From positions 6,000,001 to 6,032,000 of the forward strand of contig NZ_LN831024.1 in NCBI RefSeq assembly GCF_001457615.1: DNA of 32,000 nucleotides, written 5' to 3'. Shown piece after piece: positions 20,137-28,570 of the stretch. The notes beneath the pieces are model-generated. The model made no database searches. It saw only the letters and a program-made list of their open reading frames with translations, and was not told the DNA's origin. The position numbers and the translations under genes are program-made. Position 1 is the stretch's first letter; every line of letters begins with the position of its first letter. The DNA is from Pseudomonas aeruginosa (GTDB lineage: Bacteria > Pseudomonadota > Gammaproteobacteria > Pseudomonadales > Pseudomonadaceae).

Positions 20137-20565
20137 TTACAGACCGGACATATGCTTGATCGCGGCTTTCAGCTCGTCGTCCGAGCAATCGGCGCAGGTG
20201 CCTTTCGGCGGCATGGCGTTGATACCGGAAATCGCCTTGGCCAGCAGGCCATCGAGGCCGCCTTGCTCCTTGGCGCGCTTGCCCCACTCGGCCTTGTCGC
20301 CAACCTTCGGCGCGCCCAGCAGGCCGGTGCCGTGGCAGGTGTTGCAGGTCTTGCCGACGATGTCTTCGCCGGAACGCGCACCGCCGCCACCGGCGGCTGC
20401 CGCGACGGCGCCGACGCCTTCGCATTCCTTGCCTTGTACGCAGACCTTGCCTACCGGCTCGAGGCGCTTGGCGATCGCATCGTCAGTGGTCGTAGCCTGA
20501 GCGCTTACAGCCCACAGGGCCAACACGGCAGCTTGGGCCGCCAGCATTTTTTTAATCAGGTTCAC
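20137..20565 (-). CDS. cycB: Cytochrome c5
   Basis: Signal peptide (M)NLIKKMLAAQAAVLALWAVSAQA, heme motif CNTCH, Met ligand context INAMPPKG and the c5-typical C-terminal Cys pair CADC. The start chosen is GTG 20565 (GAGGG 7 nt upstream). The alternative ATG at 20547 would give 136 aa. Confidence 0.85.
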   Translation of the reverse strand: MNLIKKMLAAQAAVLALWAVSAQATTTDDAIAKRLEPVGKVCVQGKECEGVGAVAAAAGGGGARSGEDIVGKTCNTCHGTGLLGAPKVGDKAEWGKRAKEQGGLDGLLAKAISGINAMPPKGTCADCSDDELKAAIKHMSGL

Positions 20566-20768
20566 CCTTACACCCTCATCGTGGCTTATCACACCCGGGC
20601 ACGATACCGATCACTGCGGGCCGCGCGGGCGGGCGCAAGTATAACGGCAAAGAAAGCCCGGCAGAAACAATTGCACACCCTCGCAAAGCCTTGCGGCATT
20701 AGGTCGCAGCCCCGCATGCCCCTTGTCGGCCGGCGCCCTTCGGGCCCGGCGGGGTCTTGTGCTTCAGG

Positions 20769-21317
20769 TCAGAAATTTGCGGGCGTGGTGGCGCTGATCA
20801 AGCGTGCCGGCACATCGTAGGGATTGCGAAAACGGTGCGGCTTGTTGCTCTCGAAATAGTAGCTGTCGCCGCGCTCGAGCACATAGGTCTCGCTGCCGAC
20901 GGTCAGTTCCAGGCGCCCGTCGACCAGCACGCCGGCCTCCTCGCCTTCGTGGTTGAGCATTTCCTCGCCGGTGTCGGAGCCCGGCGGGTAGGTTTCGTCG
21001 AGGAAGGCGATCGCCCGGCTCGGGTGCGCCTTGCCCACCAGGCGCATGGACACCGCGCCGCTGGAAATGTCGATCAGTTCGTCTGCCTTGTAGACAACCT
21101 GGGTATGGCTGTCCTGCTCCAGGTCCAGGGAGAAGAACTCCACCAGGGACATGGGGATACCGCCCAGCACCTTCTTCAGCGAACTGATGGAAGGGCTCAC
21201 GCTGTTTTTCTCGATCATCGAGATAGTGCTGTTGGTGACACCCGCCCGTTTGGCGAGTTCGCGCTGGGAAAGACCTTTGAGCTTTCGGATGGTTTGCAGA
21301 CGAGCACCGACGTCCAA
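20769..21317 (-). CDS. pauR: XRE-HTH plus cupin transcriptional regulator (polyamine utilisation repressor PauR)
   Basis: 182 aa from TTG 21317..21315, with strong SD AAGGAGG 9 nt upstream: MDVGARLQTIRKLKGLSQRELAKRAGVTNSTISMIEKN..., followed by a C-terminal cupin (GEEAGVLVDGRLELTVGSETYVLERGDSYYF). The symbol is from memory of PAO1 PA5301. Confidence 0.8.
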   Translation of the reverse strand: MDVGARLQTIRKLKGLSQRELAKRAGVTNSTISMIEKNSVSPSISSLKKVLGGIPMSLVEFFSLDLEQDSHTQVVYKADELIDISSGAVSMRLVGKAHPSRAIAFLDETYPPGSDTGEEMLNHEGEEAGVLVDGRLELTVGSETYVLERGDSYYFESNKPHRFRNPYDVPARLISATTPANF

Positions 21318-21467
21318 GGGTGGAGTCCTCCTTATTCTTCTGGCAGGCAAGGCAAAACGAGGCCGCACACGGCTGGCGACCCCAAGTCGGCCGTATCATG
21401 GCAACACTGTTCAGTATTTACAACAGATCGGTCGACATGCCTGCGCAAAGAATTCGGAAAGTTTTTC

Positions 21468-22541
21468 TCAAGCCCCGGAATAGACGCGCGGCACCCTTTT
21501 CAGGTTGCACAGCAGCTGGTAGGGAATGCTGCCGAACTGCGCCGCCAGGGCGCCGACCGGCACGTTCGGGCCCCATAGTTCGACCCGGCTGCCCAGCCCG
21601 GCCTGGGGATGGTCGGTAAGGTCGACGGTGAGCATGTCCATCGATACCCGGCCAACCAGGCGCCCCGGCTTGCCGTCGATGAACACAAGGGTGCCGTCGG
21701 CGGCGTGGCGCGGATAGCCATCGGCGTAGCCCATGGCGACCACGCCGATGCGCTGGCTACGCTCGGTGCTGTAGCGCGCGCCGTAGCCGACCGGTTCGCC
21801 GGCCGGCAGGTCGCGGACGCTGATCACCTTCGATTCCAGGGTCATCACCGGGCGCAAGCGGTCGGCCAGCGGATGTGCGCGCTCGAACGGCGTGGCTCCG
21901 TAGAGCAGGATGCCCGGACGTACCCAATCGCTGGGCACCTTCGGCCAGCCGAGCACGGCTGGCGAATTGCGCAGGCTGATCTCGCCTTCCAGGCCCTGGC
22001 TAGCGACCGCGAAGGCGGCGAGCTGTTCCTCGGTGCGCGGGCAATCCAGTTCGTCGGCGCGGGAGAAGTGACTCATCATCACGATCTTCGCCACCTTGCC
22101 GCTGGCCCGCAGGCGCTCGTGGGCGGCGCGGAAGTCCTCGGGGAAGAAGCCGACGCGGTGCATGCCCGAATCCATCTTCAGCCAGACGTTCAGCGGGCGG
22201 GCCAGGCTGGCGCGTTCGATCGCCTCCAATTGCCAGGCGCAATGCACCACGCACCAGAAGTCGTGGGCGACGATCAGCTCCAGCTCGGACGCCTCGAAGA
22301 AGCCCTCCAGCAGCAGGATCGGCTGGCGGATACCGGCCTCGCGCAGCTCCAGGCCCTCCTCGATGCAGGCCACGGCGAAGCCATCGGCCTCGGCCGCCAG
22401 CGCTTCGGCACAGCGCACTGCGCCGTGGCCGTATGCGTCCGCCTTGATCACCGCGAGCGCACGGGCGCCGGTGGCCTCGCGGGCCAGCCGATAGTTGTGA
22501 CGAAGGGCTTGCAGGTCGATCAGGGCACGGGCGGGGCGCAT
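21468..22541 (-). CDS. dadX: Catabolic alanine racemase
   Basis: 357 aa from ATG 22541..22539: [41 protein letters not shown]..., with the PLP-lysine motif (V)IKADAYGHG. The ORF-track start at 22628 is an upstream extension. Confidence 0.93.
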   Translation of the reverse strand: MRPARALIDLQALRHNYRLAREATGARALAVIKADAYGHGAVRCAEALAAEADGFAVACIEEGLELREAGIRQPILLLEGFFEASELELIVAHDFWCVVHCAWQLEAIERASLARPLNVWLKMDSGMHRVGFFPEDFRAAHERLRASGKVAKIVMMSHFSRADELDCPRTEEQLAAFAVASQGLEGEISLRNSPAVLGWPKVPSDWVRPGILLYGATPFERAHPLADRLRPVMTLESKVISVRDLPAGEPVGYGARYSTERSQRIGVVAMGYADGYPRHAADGTLVFIDGKPGRLVGRVSMDMLTVDLTDHPQAGLGSRVELWGPNVPVGALAAQFGSIPYQLLCNLKRVPRVYSGA

Positions 22542-22594
22542 GGCGACGGGTCTCTCTTCAGCGAGGTGCGGCATCGCGCACCTTTCATCAGGCG

Positions 22595-22621
22595 AAAAAA
22601 AGCCCGGCTCTCCGGCCGGGC
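22595..22621 (-). terminator. Canonical intrinsic terminator between ridA-like gene and dadX
   Basis: Minus strand: GCCCGGC CGGAGA GCCGGGC followed by TTTTTTT (stem 22621-22615 / 22608-22602, U-tract 22601-22595). It starts 10 nt after the ridA-like stop (22632). Confidence 0.65.
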
Positions 22622-22631
22622 CAGACAAAAC

Positions 22632-22985
22632 TCAGGGCAGCGCAGCGACCACCGACATCTCTACCAGGATCTCCGGCTCGCAGAGCTTGGCTTCGACGGT
22701 GGCGCGCGCCGGCGCGACGCCGCGCGGCAGCCACTGGTCCCAGACGCGGTTCATGCCTTCGAAGTCGGCGTCGATGTCCTTCAGGTAGATGGTCACCGAG
22801 AGGATCCGAGTCTTGTCGGTGCCGGCCTCTTCCAGCAGACGCTCGATGGCCGCCAGGGTCTCGCGGGTCTGCTGCTCGACGCCCGCGGACATGTCCTCGC
22901 CCACCTGGCCCGCCAGGTAGACGGTGCCGTTGTGGACGACGATCTGGCTCATACGCTCGTTAGTGTGCTGGCGCTGGATGGGCAT
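22632..22985 (-). CDS. RidA/YjgF/TdcF-family reactive-intermediate (imine) deaminase-like protein
   Basis: 117 aa from ATG 22985 (SD GGAGAA 8 nt upstream). That start lies 26 nt inside the 3' end of dadA. The alternative ATG at 22952 would give 106 aa beginning [17 protein letters not shown]. Family-typical strands TIYLKD and ARATVEA are present. Confidence 0.85.
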   Translation of the reverse strand: MPIQRQHTNERMSQIVVHNGTVYLAGQVGEDMSAGVEQQTRETLAAIERLLEEAGTDKTRILSVTIYLKDIDADFEGMNRVWDQWLPRGVAPARATVEAKLCEPEILVEMSVVAALP

Positions 22986-24258
22986 TCTTGGCGTTCTCCG
23001 GGGAATTGCTGTAGCGGGAAATATCCAGGCCTTCGGTACTGATCTGCGGGCGCTTCTTCGCCATCAGGTCGGCCAGGTAGCGACCCGACCCGCAGGCCAT
23101 GGTCCAACCCAGGGTGCCGTGGCCGGTATTGAGGAACAGGTTGCGGTAGCGGGTGGCGCCGACGATCGGGGTGCCATCCGGGGTCGCCGGGCGCAGGCCG
23201 GTCCAGAAGGTCGCCTGGCTGATATCGCCGCCCTCGGGATAGAGGTCGGTGGTGATCATTTCCAGGGTCTCGCGGCGGCGCGGGTTCAGCGACAGGTCGA
23301 AGCCGGCGATTTCCGCCATGCCGCCGACGCGGATGCGCTGGTCGAAGCGGGTGATCGCCACCTTGTAGGTCTCGTCGAGGATGGTCGAGGTCGGCGCCAT
23401 CTCCGGGTTGGTGATCGGCACGGTCAGCGAATAACCCTTCAGCGGATAGACCGGAGCCTTGATACCCAGCGGCTTGAGCAGTTGCGGCGAGTAGCTGCCC
23501 AGGGCCAGCACGTAGTGGTCGGCGGTGAGCAATTCGCCGTTGACCAGCACGCCGTTGATGCGGTCGCCGGCGAAGTCCAGGCGCTCGATGTTCTGGCCGA
23601 AGCGGAACTCCACGCCCAGGCCCTTGGCCATTTCCGCCAGGCGGGTGGTGAACAGCTGGCAGTCGCCGGTCTGGTCGTTGGGCAGGCGCAAAGCGCCGAC
23701 CAGCTTGTCGGCGACCTTGGCCAAGGCCGGCTCTACGCGGGCGATGCCATCGCGGTCGAGAACCTCGTAGGGCACGCCGGAGCGCTCGAGCACGGCGATG
23801 TCCTTGCCGGCGGCGTCCAGCTGCGCCTGGGTGCGGAACAGTTGGGTGGTGCCGAGGGTGCGGCCCTCGTAGGCGATGCCGGTCTCGGCGCGCAGTTCGT
23901 CGAGGCAATCGCGGCTGTACTCGGACAGGCGGACCATGCGCTCCTTGTTCACGGCGTAGCGCTCGGCGGTGCAGTTGCGCAGCATCTGCAGCATCCAGGC
24001 GTACTGGCTGGGATCGGAGGTGAGCTTGATGGCCAGCGGCGCGTGCTTTTCCAGCAGCCACTTCATGGCCTTCAGGGGAATGCCCGGGGCTGCCCAGGGC
24101 GAAGCGTAGCCGGGAGACACCTGGCCGGCGTTGGCGAAGCTGGTTTCCAGCGCGGGACCGTCCTGACGGTCGACCACCACCACCTCGAACCCGGCACGGG
24201 CCAGGTAATACGCACTGGCGGTACCGATGACACCGCTGCCAAGGACCAGAACTCGCAT
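22960..24258 (-). CDS. dadA: D-amino acid dehydrogenase small subunit (FAD)
   Basis: 432 aa: [32 protein letters not shown]..., with the GxGxxG FAD fold and SD GGGAGG 5 nt upstream of the ATG. Confidence 0.95.
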   Translation of the reverse strand: MRVLVLGSGVIGTASAYYLARAGFEVVVVDRQDGPALETSFANAGQVSPGYASPWAAPGIPLKAMKWLLEKHAPLAIKLTSDPSQYAWMLQMLRNCTAERYAVNKERMVRLSEYSRDCLDELRAETGIAYEGRTLGTTQLFRTQAQLDAAGKDIAVLERSGVPYEVLDRDGIARVEPALAKVADKLVGALRLPNDQTGDCQLFTTRLAEMAKGLGVEFRFGQNIERLDFAGDRINGVLVNGELLTADHYVLALGSYSPQLLKPLGIKAPVYPLKGYSLTVPITNPEMAPTSTILDETYKVAITRFDQRIRVGGMAEIAGFDLSLNPRRRETLEMITTDLYPEGGDISQATFWTGLRPATPDGTPIVGATRYRNLFLNTGHGTLGWTMACGSGRYLADLMAKKRPQISTEGLDISRYSNSPENAKNAHPAPAH

Positions 24259-24289
24259 TGTCGCCTCCCACGTCGCGGAGGAACCGCGG

Positions 24290-24455
24290 ACGTTTGTTAT
24301 TTTGAGCGTGTAGATGCGCGCAGTATAGGAAGAGGCAGGCAGAAATAATCACCAATTTTAGGCGGTTACTCAGGTAAAAAACCGGACAATTAGGGGTTTT
24401 ACCGAGGCGCATCCACCATAAAACTGGAAAAATACCGCATATTTAAATGATCGAA
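24290..24455 (-). promoter_or_regulatory. AT-rich dadA upstream control region (probable Lrp/DadR binding area plus promoter)
   Basis: This is the most AT-rich stretch of the window, with phased A/T tracts (TTGTTATTTTGAG, GAAATAATCACCAATTTTAGG, GGTAAAAAACC, ACTGGAAAAATACC, ATATTTAAAT). There is a -10-like TATACT on the minus strand (24324-24329). Multiple DadR/Lrp sites upstream of dadA are reported for P. aeruginosa as I recall. Individual sites are not resolved here. Confidence 0.35.
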
Positions 24456-24614
24456 CTCAGGCCGGGAGTCGCTTTTTCGGGAAAGCCTGTCGCAGAAGCC
24501 ATGGAAAACGGCAGGAGTCCCTGAAGGAACCGCTCGCGACAGGAAAAATTCCGCGGACACTGCCCGGCCCTTGCGACCGGAGCAGCGTCCCAGAGCGCTC
24601 GCGGAGCCTTCGCG

Positions 24615-24959
24615 CTATTTCTTCACCCACTTGCCGCCGACCTGGACGTACTGCCCGGCAGGGGTTCTCTCCATCGCCTTCTTGCCGGCCATGGCCTCCA
24701 CGTCGGCCAGCGAAGCGCCGCTGCTGTTGGCCACCTTCTGGTATTCGGCACGCCGCGCGGCATTGATCTGCGCGGCGATGTCCGCCGCCTGGCCGCTGTT
24801 GCTGACCACGCCAAGGTAGCCGTCCGCCTGCTCGCCGACCAGGCCCTGGGCCTTGGCGCCGCCAAGGGCCGACATGGCCTGGCCGAGGTCCATCGCCATG
24901 GCGGAAAGGCTGATGCCGAGGGCCAGCAGGGCGATACCGAGTTTGCTACGGGTTGTCAT
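24615..24959 (-). CDS. ydbL: YdbL family periplasmic protein (DUF1318)
   Basis: 114 aa with SD AAGGAG 7 nt upstream and signal peptide MTTRSKLGIALLALGISLSAMA. The body AKAQGLVGEQADGYLGVV...INAARRAEYQKVA...PAGQYVQVGGKWVKK matches my recollection of E. coli YdbL end to end. It is the last gene of the ydbH-ynbE-ydbL operon. Confidence 0.8.
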   Translation of the reverse strand: MTTRSKLGIALLALGISLSAMAMDLGQAMSALGGAKAQGLVGEQADGYLGVVSNSGQAADIAAQINAARRAEYQKVANSSGASLADVEAMAGKKAMERTPAGQYVQVGGKWVKK

Positions 24960-24971
24960 GGATCCGCTCCT

Positions 24972-25163
24972 TTAGAACAGGCCGCTGTTCTCGTTGATGA
25001 TGCCGTCCAGAGCCTTGTCGACCTTGATGTAGATCTCGTGCTCGATTTTCACGTTGAGATTGATGTTGATCGGCTCGCTGGGAGCCGCCAGCTGCACGGT
25101 GGGCGTGCAGGCCATCGTCAGGCTGCCCAGCAGCAGGACAGCGAATAGAGCGCAGAGGCGCAT
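24972..25163 (-). CDS. ynbE: YnbE family small lipoprotein
   Basis: 63 aa from ATG 25163 (SD AGGAGA 7 nt upstream): MRLCALFAVLLLGSLTMAC/TPTVQLAAPSEPININLNVKIEHEIYIKVDK..., with a lipobox Cys. The core closely resembles E. coli YnbE as I recall it (CTP..EVAAPKEPITINMNVKIEHEI). Confidence 0.78.
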   Translation of the reverse strand: MRLCALFAVLLLGSLTMACTPTVQLAAPSEPININLNVKIEHEIYIKVDKALDGIINENSGLF

Positions 25164-25183
25164 CGGGGGTTCTCCTGTATGGC

Positions 25184-27751
25184 TCATGGCGCCGAAGCCT
25201 TGCGTTTCTGCATGCGCTCCTGCACACGTTGGCGAATGGTTTCGCTGACCCGGTCGCTCAGTTGCAGGCTGGTCAGCAGTGCCGGGATATCCTCCTCCAG
25301 ATTGACGTTGAGGTTGACCGGGCGCCCCTTCTCCAGGTCCGGGTTGCTGCCCTGCAAGCGCAGGCCGAGCAACAGCTTGCCGTTCTCATGATAATCGACG
25401 CTGCTTTGCAGGACGTCGTAGTGGAAATCGTCGAGGGCATCGGCGACCAGCTTCATCCCCGGGTTGCTGCGCCCCAGCGCCTCGATCTTCGCCGAGCGGA
25501 AGCGCAGGTAGCCGGGCTCGCGGGCCTTGACCTGGCCGCCGGAGACGCTGGGCTTCCAGCGGTTCAGCATCAGCGGCAGCTCGCCGTCCAGGGCGCCTTC
25601 GCCGGCCAGGCCCTCCGCCGGATAGACCCGGAAAATCTCGCCGAGTTGTATGCCCTGGATACGCAAGGCGAACTTCTGCTCAGCCTGACCCAGGCGGATG
25701 CTCCCCGCGGGGACCGAGGCCTGCCCGCCGAACAGGCCGCTCTGCAACGTCTGCCAGCTCAAACGGCCGCTGCCCGGCGCGGAAAGCGGGGCCTCATAGC
25801 GCCCGCGGAAACTCACCGGCCCCAGCGGCAGGCCGGGATTGGCCTCGGCCAGGCTCAGGCCGGGGCTGTCCAGGCTCAACTGACCGCCACGCAGGCGCAA
25901 GGCCAGGCTGCCGCCCAGCCCCTTCAGCTCGCTGCGGTCGTAGATACCGTCGAGGCCTTTCAGGGTCAGGTCCAGGTCGAGGGACGAGGCGCCCGCCGCA
26001 TCGAGCTTCCAGCCGGCCGCGGCGGTCGCTCGCCCATTGCCCAGTTCGAGCAGCCCCGGCCAGTCGGCGAGGGTCGCGGCCAGCGGATTGCCGGTACGGA
26101 AGAACACCTCGGCCAGCCTGGCGGAGAGCGCCAGGGGCGTCTTCGCGTCGCGCTGCAGCTGGATGTCCGCCGCCAACCCCGCGCCGTTGCTCAGCCGTCC
26201 CTTCAGGCTGGTGCGCTCGAGGGTGGTGTCGAGCGGCCCCTCGAAGGTCCAGGCCAACGGTTTGAGGTTGGCCTGGCGGAGTTGTCCGACCTGCGCCTGC
26301 AGCGGCCCGGCGAAATGCAGCGCCAGCGGCTGGTAGGCCAGTTCGAGAGCGGCCCCGGCGAGGTCGAGGCGGGGCTGGCCAAGGTGCAGCGTCGACGGCT
26401 CGGCCAGGGACGCCGCCTGCAACCGCGCGCCCCTGCCGAAGGAGAGGTTGGCGCGCTGCCCGTCCAGCCGGCCCTCCAGGGGAATCTCCGCAACCAGTCG
26501 CTCGGCTTTCCAGCCCAGGTATTGCAGGCGCGGCGCGTCCACCTGCAAGCGACCCTCCACCAGCCTGGCGGCCCACGGCGAGATGCCCAGCAGGTCGAGC
26601 CGCGTCTCCAGCTTCAGCGTACTCGCGCCCTCGCTGGTGAACGCCAGGCGCAACGCGGTGACGCTATCGGCATCGCGCTCCAGCGGCTCGCTGCGCAAGC
26701 CCAGCGCGCTCGGCCGCAACTCGGCCGGCAGCGCCTGCAACCACTCGCCGTGCAACTGGCTCAGGCGCAAGTCGCTGCGCAGCTGGCGTGGCAACCAGGC
26801 GCCCTCGTCTCCATCCAGTTGGACTTGCAGTTCGCCCTGTACATTACCCAGACCGGGCAGCGGCCAGGCTTGCGGAGCCTGCACCAGCAGCGCCGCCGAG
26901 CCACCGCCGTCGAGCACCCGGCGCGGCTCCAGCCAGTCGCTGCCAGGCGCCAGGCGGATCGTCCAGTCCGCTTGCAGACGCAGGGCTTGCGGTGCGTCGG
27001 GCAGGCGCTGGGCTTCCGGCAACCAGCGATTGAGCCAGACCACCAGGCCACGGGTGTCCGGCAGGCCGGGCGCCTCCAGGCGCCCCTGCCAGAGGCCGTC
27101 GCCATCGGACGGCGCGAGCTGGCTGTCCAGCGTCAGCAGCGCCTGCCGGTCGAGTTGCGCGCGCGTCCGCAGGCGCCAACCGGTAGGCTCCTCGAAGAGC
27201 TGGGCGTCGAGCTGGGCCTGCTGCGCCTCCTGTTGCAGGCGCAGTTGCGCAGCCAGCGGAAACAGCGCTCCCGACGGGCGGCCGATGTCCAGTCCGCCGT
27301 CCTGCTCGCAGCGGCCGGCGGGACAAGGCAGGTCGAGATGGAAGCGTTCGAGGTGGATCTGTTCCGGCAGCCAGGCGAGGGTCTCGCGCAGGGACGTCCA
27401 GTCCAGCGCAGCGGAGTCGTCGTCGGAACTCGCGGCAGCCGGTTGCCAGGCGAGCGCCACTTGCTCCACGCGCAGGCCGGGTAGACGCGGACGCCAACCC
27501 GACAGCCCGGGCCAGCGCAGCAGCGCGTGTTCCACGTCCAGTCGCAGGCTGGCGCCATCCGCGCCGCGCCGCTCCAGCGCCAGCCGTCGCAGCCCGATGC
27601 CTTCGGCGGACAGGCCCAGGCCTTGCCACTCCAGGCGCTCGACACCCTGCTCGCGCAACAGGCTGCGCCAGGCATGCCAGCCGTAGCCGAACGCCAGCAG
27701 CAACAGCACTGCAAATACCAGCAGCAACGTCGTCCTTCTGCGCAAACGCAT
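25184..27751 (-). CDS. ydbH: YdbH family AsmA-like large envelope protein (putative intermembrane phospholipid transport bridge)
   Basis: 855 aa with an N-terminal membrane anchor MRLRRRTTLLLVFAVLLLLAFGYGW, followed by a long, Leu/Gly/Ala-rich, beta-strand-repetitive body. The conserved C-terminus is followed directly by ynbE and ydbL, as in the E. coli ydbH-ynbE-ydbL operon. The stop overlaps an ATG (ATGA at 25184-25187). Confidence 0.82.
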   Translation of the reverse strand: MRLRRRTTLLLVFAVLLLLAFGYGWHAWRSLLREQGVERLEWQGLGLSAEGIGLRRLALERRGADGASLRLDVEHALLRWPGLSGWRPRLPGLRVEQVALAWQPAAASSDDDSAALDWTSLRETLAWLPEQIHLERFHLDLPCPAGRCEQDGGLDIGRPSGALFPLAAQLRLQQEAQQAQLDAQLFEEPTGWRLRTRAQLDRQALLTLDSQLAPSDGDGLWQGRLEAPGLPDTRGLVVWLNRWLPEAQRLPDAPQALRLQADWTIRLAPGSDWLEPRRVLDGGGSAALLVQAPQAWPLPGLGNVQGELQVQLDGDEGAWLPRQLRSDLRLSQLHGEWLQALPAELRPSALGLRSEPLERDADSVTALRLAFTSEGASTLKLETRLDLLGISPWAARLVEGRLQVDAPRLQYLGWKAERLVAEIPLEGRLDGQRANLSFGRGARLQAASLAEPSTLHLGQPRLDLAGAALELAYQPLALHFAGPLQAQVGQLRQANLKPLAWTFEGPLDTTLERTSLKGRLSNGAGLAADIQLQRDAKTPLALSARLAEVFFRTGNPLAATLADWPGLLELGNGRATAAAGWKLDAAGASSLDLDLTLKGLDGIYDRSELKGLGGSLALRLRGGQLSLDSPGLSLAEANPGLPLGPVSFRGRYEAPLSAPGSGRLSWQTLQSGLFGGQASVPAGSIRLGQAEQKFALRIQGIQLGEIFRVYPAEGLAGEGALDGELPLMLNRWKPSVSGGQVKAREPGYLRFRSAKIEALGRSNPGMKLVADALDDFHYDVLQSSVDYHENGKLLLGLRLQGSNPDLEKGRPVNLNVNLEEDIPALLTSLQLSDRVSETIRQRVQERMQKRKASAP

Positions 27752-27860
27752 GTCCTACCTCTGTCCGTTGCCGACCCGGCCAAGGGTGGCGGGGCCCTCG
27801 TGCAAGATCAAGGCGTTTTCCCTGGCCAGTGTTTTTCCCTGCTTTCGACGTTATATTGGC

Positions 27861-27880
27861 GGAAAATTTCCGGATTTTCC
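27861..27880. promoter_or_regulatory. Perfect inverted repeat GGAAAAT-N6-ATTTTCC between ydbH and lrp
   Basis: GGAAAAT (27861-27867), TTCCGG, ATTTTCC (27874-27880), ending 24 nt upstream of the lrp ATG. The left arm is itself part of the palindrome GGAAAATTTCC. Direct repeats GTTTTCCCTG and GTTTTTCCCTG lie just upstream (27814-27841). Candidate autoregulatory Lrp/DadR site. Confidence 0.3.
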
Positions 27881-27904
27881 GAGCCAGACGGGGAGCCTCC
27901 ATCC

Positions 27905-28393
27905 ATGCGTACCCAGCATCAGAGCAAGCGCGAGCTGGACAAGATCGACCGCAACATCCTCCGCATCCTGCAGGAGGAAGGTCGCATTTCCTTCACCGAG
28001 CTGGGCGAACGCGTCGGCCTCTCGACCACACCCTGCACCGAACGCGTGCGCCGCCTGGAGCGCGAAGGCCTGATCATGGGCTATCACGCCCGGCTCAATC
28101 CGCAGCATCTGAAGGCCAGCCTGCTGGTGTTCGTCGAGATCAGCCTGGACTACAAGTCCGGCGATACCTTCGAAGAGTTTCGCCGGGCGGTGCTCAAGCT
28201 GCCCCATGTGCTGGAATGCCACCTGGTGTCCGGCCACTTCGACTACCTGGTGAAGGCTCGCATCTCGGAAATGGCGTCCTACCGCAAGCTGCTCGGCGAC
28301 ATCCTGCTGAAACTGCCGCACGTACGCGAGTCGAAGAGCTATATCGTCATGGAAGAGGTCAAGGAATCGCTCGACCTACCGGTTCCGGATTGA
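27905..28393 (+). CDS. lrp: Lrp/AsnC-family transcriptional regulator (DadR)
   Basis: 162 aa from ATG 27905: MRTQHQSKRELDKIDRNILRILQEEGRISFTELGERVGLSTTPCTERVRRLEREGLIMGYHARLNP..., an HTH_AsnC domain followed by a RAM domain. Confidence 0.92.
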   Translation: MRTQHQSKRELDKIDRNILRILQEEGRISFTELGERVGLSTTPCTERVRRLEREGLIMGYHARLNPQHLKASLLVFVEISLDYKSGDTFEEFRRAVLKLPHVLECHLVSGHFDYLVKARISEMASYRKLLGDILLKLPHVRESKSYIVMEEVKESLDLPVPD

Positions 28394-28406
28394 CCCAAGG
28401 CACTTT

Positions 28407-28456
28407 CCGGGAGTCCGCCAGGACTCCCGGCATAGACGGGAAACACCGTCTTTTCT
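28407..28456 (+). terminator. Tandem hairpin terminator after lrp
   Basis: CCGGGAGTCC (28407-28416), GCCA, GGACTCCCGG (28421-28430) form a perfect 10-bp stem. Then GACGG (28435-28439), GAAACA, CCGTC (28446-28450), followed by TTTTCT (28451-28456). Confidence 0.7.
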
Positions 28457-28570
28457 GTACACGATCCCCGCAACACCTCGCAGTTTTTTCCTTTTTCGCC
28501 CTTGGCGAGCGCCTCGACTGACGTTTATGCTCCGTCAAATTTTCCACACATAATAATCAGGATTTCACAC

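Noticed and set aside
19997-20425. N-terminal ~140 codons of the 785-aa ORF-track entry, which would make a giant protein overlapping cycB
   Set aside because: This part overlaps the cytochrome c5 gene and its terminator in another frame. Its translation (MRRRRRRRGSRRWRRCAF...) is nonsense-like. A TTG with a strong GGAGGG SD at 19996 marks where the conserved sequence begins.
24338-24355. Sigma-54-like TTGGTGATTATTTCTGCC on the minus strand upstream of dadA
   Set aside because: The GG to GC spacing is one base too long for the strict -24/-12 geometry, and the -12 element lacks TTGC. It is more likely just part of the AT-rich Lrp-binding region.
25229-27484. 751-aa + strand ORF antisense to ydbH
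   Set aside because: Shadow ORF. Its Gln/Arg/Ala/Gly-rich repetitive translation mirrors the Leu/Ala/Gly-rich repeats of YdbH. Synteny with ynbE and ydbL supports the minus-strand gene.
28527-28553. Eight-codon mini-ORF (MLRQIFHT-stop) in the pauB4 leader, considered as a leader peptide
   Set aside because: It has no Shine-Dalgarno, no codon run suggestive of attenuation and no adjacent alternative hairpins. Chance occurrence in an AT-rich spacer is likely.
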